64,000 nucleotides of DNA from Lama glama. Lineage: Eukaryota. The stretch spans positions 96,722,001-96,786,000 of the forward strand of contig CM052817.1 of NCBI GenBank assembly GCA_028534125.1, in the 5' to 3' direction. The translations under genes and the position numbers were made by a program. The notes beneath the pieces were generated by a model. It worked only from the letters and a program-made list of their open reading frames with translations. It was not told the origin of the DNA and searched no databases. The first letter of the stretch is position 1, and the number at the start of each line of letters is the position of its first letter. Of the stretch, positions 50,251 through 62,734 are shown in pieces.

Positions 50251-51041
50251 AAGTATTATCAGTAGTTTTGTCAAGGGATGGAGTGATGGGTTTTTGTAAC
50301 CTTCTACGAGCAGAAAAAAATTTCTGCAAGTTTGTTTACTTCTATTATCCAGTACCCATTTTCCTTATTTACTTTATGCCATTCTATACATTTTATTTTT
50401 CTCATTTTCCCAGCTCATTCCTATGACCTTTATTTTATATTAGCACTAATTTTCTATGTCTGGTCAGTTCTCAAACACAAGCACATACAGCACATTGACG
50501 TGAATACAAAGGCCTGTGTCCGGGGAGAAAAATACATGTATGTGCCTAGCTCAGAGTTACTTCCATGCCTACCTACTCTTGCCTTTACAAGAGTGCCATC
50601 AAATTTGGGGAAATATCATGTTATTAAACAATTAAACTCGATCCCAAAGGTTACGTAAAAACTAGGATGATAATGAGTTTTAGAAAAGAGTCACTCAGCA
50701 TTCTAAAAGAACTGCGCCTCTGGGGAAACATCTAACTGAACCCAGACAAGAACCCAGGCAGAAAAACAAGAGTGAGGAACAGAAGGATAAAGACACTGCA
50801 GTTGCTTGGCTCCTATAAATAGTAAAATGTATTTTAAGGCAGCCAGGTATAGTCCCCTGAGAAGAGAGCCATTGATGAAAAGGAGGAAAGGATTTGCTTG
50901 GTTTGATAAGCAGTACTTGCAACTTTTCTTCCCTGCAATACATGTTCAAAATCTAGAGTAGCTGCTCTACATCGTGTGACATGGCCTGGGACAGTGGTCC
51001 CTTTTGTAGTTCATATGAATCTATTCAATACATTTTTTCTT

Positions 51042-51139
51042 TTTTTCCCCTCTTAACGGAGGCACTGGGGATTGACCTCAGGACTTTGTGCATGCCAAGC
51101 ATGCAGTGCAGTCTACCCCTGAGCTATACCTCTGACCCC
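51042..51139 (-). mobile_element. short tRNA-derived SINE (Vic-1-like)
   Basis: Reverse-strand head. Perfect TSD CAATACATTTTTTCTT at 51026-51041 and 51140-51155. Confidence 0.85.
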
Positions 51140-53339
51140 CAATACATTTTTTCTTGATGAAAAATACTATAGGGCACTATATCATGAATTATCCCTGAAT
51201 TGGAAAGCATAATTCATAATTTAATTCAACAGAGAGACTTGTTGGGAATGGTATGATGGACAGACATGAAAAATAAGTCTCGGTTGTTTTCCTGTAGGAG
51301 TCTCCATGGTTGTGAAGACATTGACCTGGGAATGAGGGAGAATGAAATGTATTGTAGAGGTGTTCAGGGGGTGGATTTCCCAAACCACCTACATCATCAA
51401 AACCCTCCATTCCTTCACTAGCTCACATGTTCCGCCCCCACTATCCTCCTTGGGTTAATCTCAGAGGACTGTCTTGCTGAACTTCAGTCTCCCCAGTATA
51501 AGCCACCCCTGTGAGCAGGGGAGAGCGGTAGTGGGCAGGGAGGAGACAATCGGACTGGAAGTGGGGGCATTAGGTCATAAATTCCAATCTCTGGAGTAGA
51601 TTGACCTCACCCATACGATGTCCTCCCCTCTCTCAGGCATGGAGAAAAACTAACTAAATGTTCGATCACAAATGATCAGTTATGTATCTGATGAAATATT
51701 CTTGGTTTGGGAAAAAAAAGAAAAAAAAAAGAATGCCAAGCATCTTTTCATTAAGATTTGCTCCCAGTTTTAGATCAAGGAGATGAACCACTTTAATATT
51801 CCACTTTCACAAAAATCTGCCTTAATCCAGGAGGTTTTTTCTTGGTAGTAAATTCATTGTCATTGCCTGGGGCCTTTATTAATTTTGCGTTTCATTGGGT
51901 ACTGACTCCCAACTTTGGGACCTTTAATGAGGGAATCTATTTTAACATTCCTATTTCAAAAGCTTTCACACTAGAGAATGAATCATTCACACTTAATTCC
52001 TGAAGTTTCTAGATACCATTTGCTTTGAGTCTTGATTCAGTTGCACTGTATTCTACTAAAAATAAGAGAATCCCTTTTTTAAAAAAATTAAGCAAGGAGT
52101 AAAAAGAGGGAAATTGGAACCTGTTACAAAACAATTTCCAACTTGGGAATCCCTGCTTTCATTTTATGGGCTGAATCAAATTATGGGTCAGGAAGAGCTC
52201 CCAGGATTTTTTTGTATTTTCTTTCAAATGTGATACTTATCGCTTATTTCAGAGTTGTTGTATTTGAGGGAAAATAAAAAGTATCTGTACATCCAAGTTC
52301 TGTACAGTTTATTACCTCATTGATTGCTCAGTGAATACGAATACTGTGGCATCAAAGAAAAGGTCTAGTTTCCTCTTTAGGCTTTTAATCTGAATAAAGA
52401 AAACACGGCAGAGAAAGCACATCACTTGTACCGGAACGGATGACCTTTCATTGCTCATTTCAGCTAGGGACTTGTCTCAGTTGAACCTTTTCACTAATTC
52501 CTCCTCAGTTCTAACTTTCATTTATTGTTAATTCACATTGCTAGTCCCTTAAGAATAAGATAAACAGGAATTTCAGAAAAAGACTGGGGAAATTTGGAAA
52601 AAGATTTTCACTGCTATCCAAGCTTCATCAGTGAAATAATTTTGTTTAATGCTGAAGCAGTATACTTCTAACATGAATGAATTTTTCCCAGCAAAATATG
52701 AATAACTAGCCATTACCAATAATTCAAATATCCCATAAGGGACAAGCTTTAATGGCACTTTGAGTTTGTTTCAGGAGGAAAAAAGGGGGGCAGGGACTGG
52801 AAAGAGGGATTCAATGCTATTCTTTGTAAGTTTAACAGTCATATTTAAAGTGGAAAATGATGTGAGTCAGACCAGTAAAAAGGTCTGGGTACAGCTCAAA
52901 ATTGTAGTTAAAAGTTGCCTGGGGAAGGAGACTGTAAAAAGATAAAACACTTTTAACAACTACTCCAGATGGCATGTAACTAGATATCTGCAAAGAGCCA
53001 TTAATAGGGCAACTTTGTTTGATTTGCCCCAAACTCAAAGCCATGTCAGTCCTTTATCCCTTGTTTCAAGTAATTGGTCAGCGGCCTCTGTGATATTCTC
53101 AAAGGTGTATCCTAATTCAAGAAGCATGGAAGTGATTTTTCTGAAAGACTTCAGTTTTATGTAGACGTGGGCTTGGTTTCTCCTAATTCTGGTGTTAGGA
53201 TTTTCCTTTCACGCTGGGTGTAGGGCAACTCGGGGTCTCATCTTGGGATCTGTTCCCTGTCACACATAGTTACTCATTCTTTTATCCTTAACGCTGTGGT
53301 CAAGATCAGGTGACTGGTTCATTTTGCCACCTCATTTTT

Positions 53340-54336
53340 CTTTGATAACAAACAACCCCCAAACAGTGGTTTAAAGCAACCATCATTTTCTTATGATCTG
53401 ACCATGTTGTAGGGCAGGAATCTGAGCAGTTCTTCTGCTCCTGGTCACTTGGACTGGGGTCTCATGGTGAATTTCAGCTGAGCTTGCTTCATGGGTCCAA
53501 GACACACATGACTGGCCCCTTGGCAGGAACATCTGAGCTCAGCAGAGCCCATCTCCCTCTCCATGCAGCCCGGGGCATCTCACCCTCTCCAGCAGGCCCA
53601 GGGCTCCAGGCTAGAACCCGCTGCACCCCTCAGGGGCCAGGCATGAAACTGGTAAAGCATCCTTCCAGCTGAGCTCAACTGGTCAAGGCAGCCACAGGCC
53701 AGTCCAGTGGAATGACTCAACTGAAGAAATGTCCAAATATCTGCAGCTACTTTTTAAAAAATTTCTTTCTTTTTCTTTTTTCTTTAATATATATTTTTAT
53801 TGAAGTATATTTTTTCTTTTTTTATTTGAAGTATAGTTGACTTACAGTTAAGTTAGTTGACTTACATTTAGGTTGTATTTGTACGTTGTAATTGTAAGCT
53901 AGTTGACTTACAGTTTAGTTTCTGGTGCACAGTGAGGTGATTCATTTATACATTTGTAAATGTATATTCTTTTTCAGATGATTTTCAATTATAGGTTATT
54001 TCAAGGTATTAAATGTAGTTCCCTGTTCTATACAGTAGGTCCTTGTTCATCTATTTTATATATAGTAGTGTATCTGCTAATTCCAAACTCTTAATTTATC
54101 CCTTCCGCCCTTTTCCTTTTGGTACCTGTAAGTTTGTTTTCTATGTCTGTGGGTCTGTTTCTGTTTTGGGAATATGTTCATTTACATCATATTTTAGATT
54201 CCCCATATAAGTGATACCACATATTTGTCTTTCTCTGTCTGACTTACTTCACTTAATATGATCATCTCTAGGTCTATCCATGTTGCTGCAAATGCCAGTA
54301 TTTCGTCCTTCCACAGCTATCTTTTAAGCCACCTCA
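53340..54336 (-). mobile_element. MLT1-type MaLR LTR interrupted near one end by an L1
   Basis: TAACAAACAACCCCCAAA...GTGGTTTAAAGCAAC start. The end motif TGCAGCTA..TTTTAAGCCACC is split by the L1 insertion. Confidence 0.6.
53756..54313 (-). mobile_element. L1 3' UTR with a rearranged tail
   Basis: TSD CAGCTA(T)CTTTT at ~53744 and ~54314, with antisense L1 3' UTR text between. Confidence 0.88.
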
Positions 54337-55509
54337 CCTGGCTTCCCTTTAAAATTCTTCCTGATAGTATTCAACCTCCAAACCTCTGTATGGCAGTTGG
54401 GTTGCCTATCACATAAGAGACATAAATCATAAACAAACATTATAAATGGTCACATTTGCTCTCAATGTGCAGACGTAAAGATATAAGTGCCACTTCACCT
54501 TATGGAAGTGGCAAAACTGAAGAAAAATAAATTCTAATGAAGGCAAGCATTGACAGGCACTTAGTAGACACATTTTTTAAAGGTACTTAAGCTACTTTTT
54601 CTTTCCCTTGATTCACTATTTGCACTCAAAATAGTTAACCCAGGAAAATCATTCAAAAAGAGAAAAAAATCTGTATGTGCAAATGTATTTATACTCATGT
54701 TATTCACAACCTTGAAACGCCAGAAACTATGATATGATTATAGGAGAAAGATTTAGGTAAATTGTACAATATGTTGTTATACCGTGTAGCCATGAAATTA
54801 ATAAATGCTATGCCTGTGTAGAAACATGAGTATGTTTTGTAATGAAAAGTGAATAAAGCCAAGAAATAAAATTGTAACTGATAAGGTTATAATATATATC
54901 CAAACTGCTTATGAAAATAGAAATGGGCAAAGAATGAGAAGAAATGAAAATAGATTATGCTGAAGTGATATCTTTTGAATTTAAGTTCCTTTTACACTGT
55001 TTTAAAGTAAATTCAATAATATTTACTTTTAACTTAATGAGTTTCCAAGATCATACCTTAAAGATTCAAAAACATGCGTTAAATGCCTCTAGCCTTGAAA
55101 ACAAGTAAAAATCTATTTATAGACATATACAGTAACAAACATCTTTACATAAATAAAACATGTAATTTATTCTTTTATTCTGGCATGCCACATGACATTT
55201 TGGCATGTCAGGGGACAAGGTGGTGTCATGGGAAAAGACTGCCCTGGGACTTTGCAGACCAGAACCCTGACCCAGGCAGAGGACGTGGTAACACACCAGT
55301 CCTCAGTTTCCCAACCAGAACATGAGGGGAGAAAGATCAGCCCAAAAGTCCTTCTTGGTTTTATATTATTTGATTCTAGGATTCTAAAAGTATTAGCTCT
55401 TTATCTGTTGCCTAAGTCAGGGCTGGCTTGAAAAGTAAGAAAATGTTCAGAGTGTACACTGGCTTTGGCCAATACAGATAAATGCATGGTAAGGAAGGAA
55501 ACAAAGACG

Positions 55510-56580
55510 CTTAATTCAACAGATATTTATCTGGCACCTATGGTATGTTGGTCTTGTGACCAACATACAAAGTATCTGTCCTATGGAGCTTATGGTCTTT
55601 TTATTTATTTATATATTGTTTATTTTTGTTTTGGGGGTGGAGCTTATATTCTAAAGGGAGAGGTAGACATAGACAAAAAATAAATGAGTAGAAGAATTGG
55701 TTGGTCTCATGGTTGTAAGTGCTACGGAGAAAAATAATCAGAGTGAGTGGGGCGGGGAAGCTGGCAACTTTAAATAGCGCATCCAGGGAAGGCCTCGCTG
55801 AAAAGACACTGCTGCGTAAAGGCCTGAAAGAAGTGACGAGGCGGCTCTGAGGACACCTGCAGGCATTCCCGCTGAGGTGGGAACCCACTGGGGGATTTGA
55901 GCGGAGAGGTGACATGACTGGCTGACACTTTAACAGGTTCACCGCAGTCACTGTGTTGGGGGCAGACTGCAGGAGGGCTAGGTGGACACAGGGAGACCAG
56001 TTAGGAAGCTACTGCAGTAATCCGGGTGGATGGTAACAGATGAGACCGAGAGACGTGGTTGCACCTGGATGCGTTTTGAAGGAAGAGGTTGCAAGGTTTG
56101 CTAAAGAATTGAATGTATGGTGGAAAAGAGAAAGAGGAGTGAAGGCTAACTTCAGGGTTTGAGACCTGAGATGGTAGACTGGAGAGGGCAAGGAAGAGGG
56201 CAAGGAAGAAGACCCAGAGTCTGGTTTGGGTGAGTCTCAATGCCTACGAGATATCTGAATGGCGATCTCAAGTAGGCAGGTGGACATACAAATCTAGAGG
56301 TAGAGGTGAGGTTCTAGGCTACAGTTATAAATTTGAGAATTAACTATCAGCATGTAGAGAGTTCTAATGCCATGAGACTAGATGAGATCACTAAGAGAGA
56401 GTGTTTAGATAGAAAAGAAAAGCGGTCCAAGGACTAAGGAGAAATCCAATGGTAAGAGCTTGAGGTGTGGGCATGATCTAGCCAAGGAGATGAGATGGAC
56501 TGGCCAGTCTCATAAGCAGGATGAAAACCAGGAGAATGTGGTCAAAACCAAGTGCAGAAAGCATTTCAAAGAGGAAGGAT
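55510..56580 (-). mobile_element. L2 fragment
   Basis: Reverse L2 tail ATTCAACAGATATTTAT. Purine-rich body (GGAGACCAGTTAGGAAGCTACTGCAGTAATCC, AGTAGGCAGGTGGACATA). Confidence 0.8.
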
Positions 56581-56709
56581 TATCTCTAGAATATCAGTTG
56601 TTGGTGGTCGTCTCTACACTTGCAAATTTTCTATGGAGTGAGGATGTCATATATATGCACTGACTTGATTGAAGGCTGTTTATGATAACACCTACCAAGC
56701 ACACAATAT

Positions 56710-56760
56710 TGTGTGTGTGTGTGTGTGTGTGTGTGCACGCACGCACGTGCATGTGCGTGC
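56710..56760. repeat. (TG)n plus extended alternating purine-pyrimidine tract
   Basis: A (TG)n run followed by GCACGCACGCACGTGCATGTGCGTGC, strictly alternating R/Y for ~51 bp. Confidence 0.9.
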
Positions 56761-58890
56761 TGTGTCATTATCCCCCAAACAGAAATCATTTTTTGGAACA
56801 TCCAGTATTTCCTATTTTCCACCCCTTTCCCCATGTCCATCATCACAAATGATTGTTTCTAACTGCTTTTATGGTTGTTTTCTCATCTCATGGAGATGTT
56901 ATCAAGATTAGTGTGATCACAAATGGAAAATATTCTAATTCTCAGTCACATGGGTTAATTAAAGCACAGGCTGATTATGAATCATTTGCTCAACTAGACA
57001 CTAAAAATTACTTCTATTTATTTTTAAATGTTGAATTTACATTGTGTTTTAGACATGTAATATTCTGGGAACTCCGAGGCACATTATAAAATGAAGCTGG
57101 TCTGTGACTATATTCATCATAAGAACACATAGACCACATTTTCTTACTTAAGCCACATTCTATTTCCAATCCTGCCTAAGAAATCTGGCTTTTTTACTGT
57201 CTTAAGAGATAAAGTGTTTTATTCACATCACCTTTCCTGATAACCGATCTAAGAGGAGGGGAGAAGAAAACAGATAAAACTCATTGACAGCCTCAGGATA
57301 GAGACATCCCGTCTCTGTTCCTTTTAGCTTTTACTGGACATCAGGCTGCCCGTTGAACAAGGCAGCAAAGAGAAATAAACAGAAGGAGAGAGCATATATA
57401 GCACTCTTTATTCCACTAGTAATAACCATAAATTTTAAAATGCAATGTTGGCTATGCGTAAAAGGATTTTCCTGGTCTGTATGCATAGCTGTATTTTATT
57501 CCATTCTGAACTCATCTGGGCTTTGTCAGAGGTTCCTATTGCACACCAATCTTATTTATCCTAAAAATTTGCGAAACACGTCTCCAGCAAATTGTGCTGT
57601 CTGTATGCCACGTGGCACCATCGTGCATGCCAAAACTATAGGTCCTCATCTACAGGTAAGAACAGAGTCACGTAATTCCTAGGAGCTGAGTTTTTGCAGG
57701 TGATGAGATGTGCTGAGACAGAACGCTACGTGGAAGTGATGCAGCTCATTTTGGTGGTGAAGGGTAGTTTGTAACTGGCCTTGGCTTTACTGACTTATTC
57801 CCCATGAAGTTGCCTGGCCTGCAAAGCCGTGTGCACCTGTCTCCAATGCCTTGGTCTGTTTTATGGCCTTCTTCTGGCATTATCTCCTGAAAGCTATAAA
57901 AAGAGAATGTTTCCTTTCCATTACAACAGCAACAAAAATTTGAAGAATGAAGCCACAAAAATACCGTACCACATCCCAGGTCCCTTCTTAATAGTAAGTC
58001 TGAAAGCACTTAGCACCAGACCATCACATCAGGTCAAAGAGCACAGAGTTTCCGAAACCAGACTTTCTTTAGACTTCATATTTAAATGTGATTATTAGCA
58101 TAAGAATATTTAGGTCAAAAATAAGGCAAACGCTATTTCTTAATGCCCGTTGGTTTTTGATCGGCATAATTGTTCAGTTACATTTATATCCTATGCTTCT
58201 GTATGAACCATTCTTTTCTGTTAGACTATAAACCCTAAAGATTAGGAACCCAGGTATCTCTAGCTCGGTTTTATATAGTCCAGCACAGGGCCATATGGGA
58301 GAGATACAGTCATTCTTTGACATTTTAAAATATTATTATTAGGTATATTATTTATTTACTAAAACGGCCACCTGGTACAAGTCCAATGTGATCATATTTT
58401 GAGGGTAGAAGAGAGAGAAAACAAAGTAAATCTACGGCAACTCTTCACTTAAGGGTGTCTAGATCCACTTCATAGATAATATGTCAAGTTTTTTAATACA
58501 TAAAAAGAATTAAGATATTACCATAACCAGTACCAGCAGCTTACAGTACAGCTTCCATCATCCAATCTTTTCCTTAAAAAAATGTTCCTGCTTAAAAAAT
58601 ATAGGCACACCTATCTGATGCCACCACGTTCTAAACCCTAACAAGATTTTGCTAGACCCCAAGGGAGGATCTCAGACTCAGGCCTGCCTTGTAACTGATC
58701 TCCAAATGGGTGGAACTTTTAATGGCCCCACTTGTTTTTCACACCAGGGCTCACAGAGTGTTCCTAAAAAGCCAATGGTTGGTTGCTGGCCAGTGGAAGG
58801 AGCTTTCCAACATTTACAATTTTTATTTCATTGAAATAAACTTAAAATTTCCTAACAACCTGATTCCATCACCCCCCTTTTTCTCCCCAG

Positions 58891-59089
58891 GTACAGAGCA
58901 GTTGCCTCCTGGAGTCGTGTTCAGGGCATTGGGATTCCCTTGGTCACAGCCATTGAGATTGTCTCCATCTGGATCCTTTCTTTCATCCTGGCCATCCCTG
59001 AAGCAATCGGCTTCGTCATGGTGCCCTTTGAGTACAAGGGTGAACAACACAAAACCTGTATGCTCAATGCCACATCGAAATTCATGGAG
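58891..59089 (+). CDS. EDNRA: Endothelin receptor type A, exon 4 (DRY completion, TM4, ECL2)
   Basis: Acceptor TTTTTCTCCCCAG. Reads (R)YRAVASWSRVQGIGIPLVTAIEIVSIWILSFILAIPEAIGFVMVPFEYKGEQHKTCMLNATSKFME. 199 nt, donor GAG|GTATGA. The phase matches exon 3. Confidence 0.97.
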
Positions 59090-61350
59090 GTATGAACAGT
59101 ATAAAGGGAATTAATTGTGTGTGGGGGGGGTCTTCATTTATACTTTACCATCACCAAGACTTGTTATCTGTACAATGCCAAGTGTGGTTTACACTGCTAG
59201 TTCAAATATCCTTCCGTTGCATGAAAAGTAGATGTTAAAGCAGGGCTTAGCTTCTTGAATAGGACAACTATTTTGTCTTCACTCTTATATTGTAGCACAA
59301 CTGTAGACACAACTGTTGCTCTGCACCAACACCTCAGAATTCTGGAACAACTTTACTAAGAAAGAAAGATTGATGTGTATGTATGTAGTGCTGTTTGTTT
59401 TGATGATAAGGAATGCAGCACAACAATTTCCATCTGACAGACACGCTGATACTTATTTTATATTATTTGGGGTAATCCATGTTACTCACACATTTTTTTG
59501 AAGATAGATTTACTAATTCAAAGTAGAAAGTCATTCTCCCATTGTGCTTATATTAGTATAGATTCAAATATGCAAATAATAGAAATTTGCAGAACTTTTC
59601 TAAAAAGTGTTTATTTTAGTGTAACAAATTCAGTTGTTGTTTAATACACCCGACCACATTAACTTTTCTGAAAAGCTTAATCACATGACTGAGAGTATCA
59701 GGAAACATGTTTGAAATGCATATTCCCTTTGTAAAATTAGTCACATGTCGCCCGGGGATAAAAACCAAAAGGGTAGCTATTTCTTTTAAATCAGCATTAC
59801 TTAGTGCTTTGATGCAAGTTTCGCACAGCTCAGATTCACACTTACTCATTTACAGACATCTCAAGGTATGTTTTCCTACCTTGGAAAATTCACAAAATTA
59901 GTGGTTTTACAGTTCACCAGTTATCCAGCTTGGAAATTCTTTGAAAATTAAAAATAATCATGAACACTGCCAAACTGCCAACCTTAAAATTAAGGTCTTC
60001 TGCTTATCTGCTGACTATTTTAGATAAGCCACAGTGAAAAACAAAGTAGACAGTAGGAGGCTATCAGAATTTGGGCAGTGTGAATGAGCAGTCTAGGTAC
60101 CCTGTCTAAGCCGTTAGAGAGAAGAGGCTTGATGTAAGAAGGACCTTACTAACCCTTCCAGCTGGACAAAATGAAATGGGTTTCTTCATCAGGACTGTGT
60201 CTCCTTTCTAGCAGTGAAGCTCAGAGTGGCCACCCTTCAGGCAGGTGGCACCTAGAGCATTGCAGTAAAAGGTATGAGTTTGCACTGATGATTTTTAAAA
60301 TTTCATTCTAAGTCTAAAGCTTTAGGATTCTCTTTCCCCTCCTATTCTCTTTTTCTGATTCCCCCTTTTTCTGCCCTTTCCTCCTCAACTTTGTGCTAAC
60401 CTAGACTGGAGGGAGGTCCCTCCATCCCCTCATGGATGACATCAGCTCAAAAGAAATGTGTGACCCTGTTCTCTCCAGGCTTCTGCCTTGGAGGGGGCAG
60501 GGGACTCCATCCGGTCCCCTGGGGGCCAGCTTCCAGGCCCTCTGCAGCTGCTTCTGGGCAGTCTCAGCCAGCCACAAGTGCGCCCAGAAGAAGGGGGTGC
60601 AAGGAAGAGGGTGCTCACAGGAGTGTCTTAAACAAAGAGAGAGTCCTTCTGATTTTTGTTTGTTTTTTTCAGTGCAGTACTAAAATCGTTCTCCAGTGTG
60701 ATGGGAATAGGACAGGTTTGAATAAACCAGCTTCATTGGGAGGTCTGCACTTTACCTGAGGATAGAATTCAGGGGTCTGTGAATTTGAATGGAAAAGAAA
60801 TTGCATGTTTATATTCACTAACTTCTAACTGAAATTTATCATCTCCTTCTAATATGAATGTAGACAACAAACCACAGTAGTATTTAACAGTACCATGAGT
60901 TTTTTCACGAATAGAAATAAGGCATTTTCCTACCACTATCTTGGCTGGATAATCTTGAAATATCATTTACACTCATCATTGCTTCTACATCCTGATAGTT
61001 ATTAGAACCACCATTAGATTTGTCATTTAATTTGTAAATGAACACATATATTATTACATCAGAATTTTATTTTTCCTACTCTGCTAGCTGTGCTGTGAAG
61101 TACTGGGTTTCCATTATAATCTTACACAGTTTATTTCATGCACATAAAACATGATTCTCAGAAAGGATTATAGTCTTTACCAGAAAGTCAAAGGGGGCTG
61201 GGGCATAAAAATAGTTAAGAACCCCTGCCTAGAACTTTTTTGCCTCAGGAACCATTTATAGCATATTTTAATAGACATGTTATAAATGTAGTCCACTGGG
61301 CCTCTTTTCTATATTCAGAAACTCTCCAGTTTTTCACAGAGCAGCATGAC

Positions 61351-61376
61351 TTTTTTTTTTTTTTTTTTTTTTTTTT
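61351..61376. repeat. poly-T tract (26 nt)
   Basis: Mononucleotide run seen directly. Confidence 0.95.
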
Positions 61377-62014
61377 ACTGTGGGAACTGAGAAATTACAG
61401 GAGGCTGCATTATCCTTAGTAAATAAACAATCTGGGGAAACAGAATAAGGAAAGGAAACGCATTTCTTCCCAAGTTGGTGATTACTTTAGTGGAAGAATT
61501 TAGATATGATTTTCTAATTTCCATTTTTACTGGGTATGAAATTTTCTGCTTTAAAAAGACATAACACTGAGTAATCCTGGTGCTTAACAAATTCTGTCCA
61601 CAGGGAGATAATGCTCACTATGCCTTCAGATAAGGTACTGGGCTTCCATAGGTTCCAGGTGGGAAGTATTAAAAGCCAACAAGAAAGGGATGGTTATTGA
61701 TGGCTCTGAGCGACTGGCTGGGAGGTCACATAGCAGGCATACCAGGCAAAGGGTTAACTCCCAGTTAACCAAAGCTCACAGATAAACCATTCATAACCTT
61801 CACTTTTTCCAAACAAGATAGGCACATAAGTACACTTTAACCCCCACAGTCAGAAGGAAACCAGGCACTAACAAAATGTTGACGCTTGCCAGTAGAGATA
61901 AATATAGATTCCATATGTCTCAAAATCATGTCTTAGGAGCTTTGGAAGGGAATGCATTTTATTAGTTAGAGCTCTTCCATTCTGTAACTAAGGCCAACTT
62001 CAATTTATTAAAAG

Positions 62015-62170
62015 TCTTGTAATAACCTTTGATGAAAAAGAATATGAAAATGAATGTATGTATGTACATGCATGACTGGGACATTGTACTATACACCAGA
62101 AACTGACACATTGTAACTGACTATAGTTCAATTTTAAAAAATAAATAAAATAAATAATTTAAAAAATTTT
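62015..62170 (+). mobile_element. L1 3'-end fragment
   Basis: CTTGTAATAACCTTTGATGAAAAAGAATATG...ACACCAGAAACTGACACATTGTAACTGACTATA plus an A-rich tail. Confidence 0.85.
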
Positions 62171-62264
62171 TAAAGTATCTTTGTTACCATAAATTTTCTA
62201 AAGTGATTTCTTTGTGTGCTATCATAAAGCCAGGATAATGTCTGGAGTTTCCAATTTAGTTGAG

Positions 62265-62416
62265 GGTTTTTTTAAATAAAACAAAACAAAGCTAGATTTT
62301 TCTTTTATTTTATTTTTATGGGGGGAGGTAGTTAGGTTTGTTTGTTTGTTTAACGGAGGTACTGGGGATTGAACCCAGGACCTTGTGCATGCTAAGCAGG
62401 CACTCTACCACTGAGC
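62265..62416 (-). mobile_element. tRNA-derived SINE (Vic-1-like), 5'-truncated
   Basis: Reverse-strand SINE lacking roughly the first 10 nt. TSD TTTAGTTGAG at 62255-62264 and 62417-62426. Confidence 0.88.
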
Positions 62417-62581
62417 TTTAGTTGAGTTTTGAGCACCCCCCTCCCCAGCCCATTACCACAACCAAAGAGCATGAGTATACAAATGTATCTGCAAGCACGA
62501 AGATGCTGCAGCCACCAGCAGCTCTGCACAGCTAATATTCGGTATATTGCCCTCCTTTTCTCCCTTCTCTTCTCTTTACAG

Positions 62582-62734
62582 TTCTACCAAGATGTAAAAG
62601 ATTGGTGGCTCTTCGGGTTCTACTTCTGCATGCCCCTGGTGTGCACTGCAATCTTCTACACCCTCATGACTTGTGAGATGCTAAACAGGAGGAACGGCAG
62701 CCTGAGAATTGCCCTCAGTGAACATCTGAAACAG
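62582..62734 (+). CDS. EDNRA: Endothelin receptor type A, exon 5 (TM5, ICL3)
   Basis: Long pyrimidine tract plus TTTACAG acceptor. Reads [51 protein letters not shown]. 153 nt, donor CAG|GTAAAC. Confidence 0.97.

Noticed and set aside
53834..53912. CRISPR-like repeat-spacer pattern (13-mer three times)
   Set aside because: Eukaryotic context, irregular spacing, repeat too short and derived from an L1 terminus, and no cas genes.
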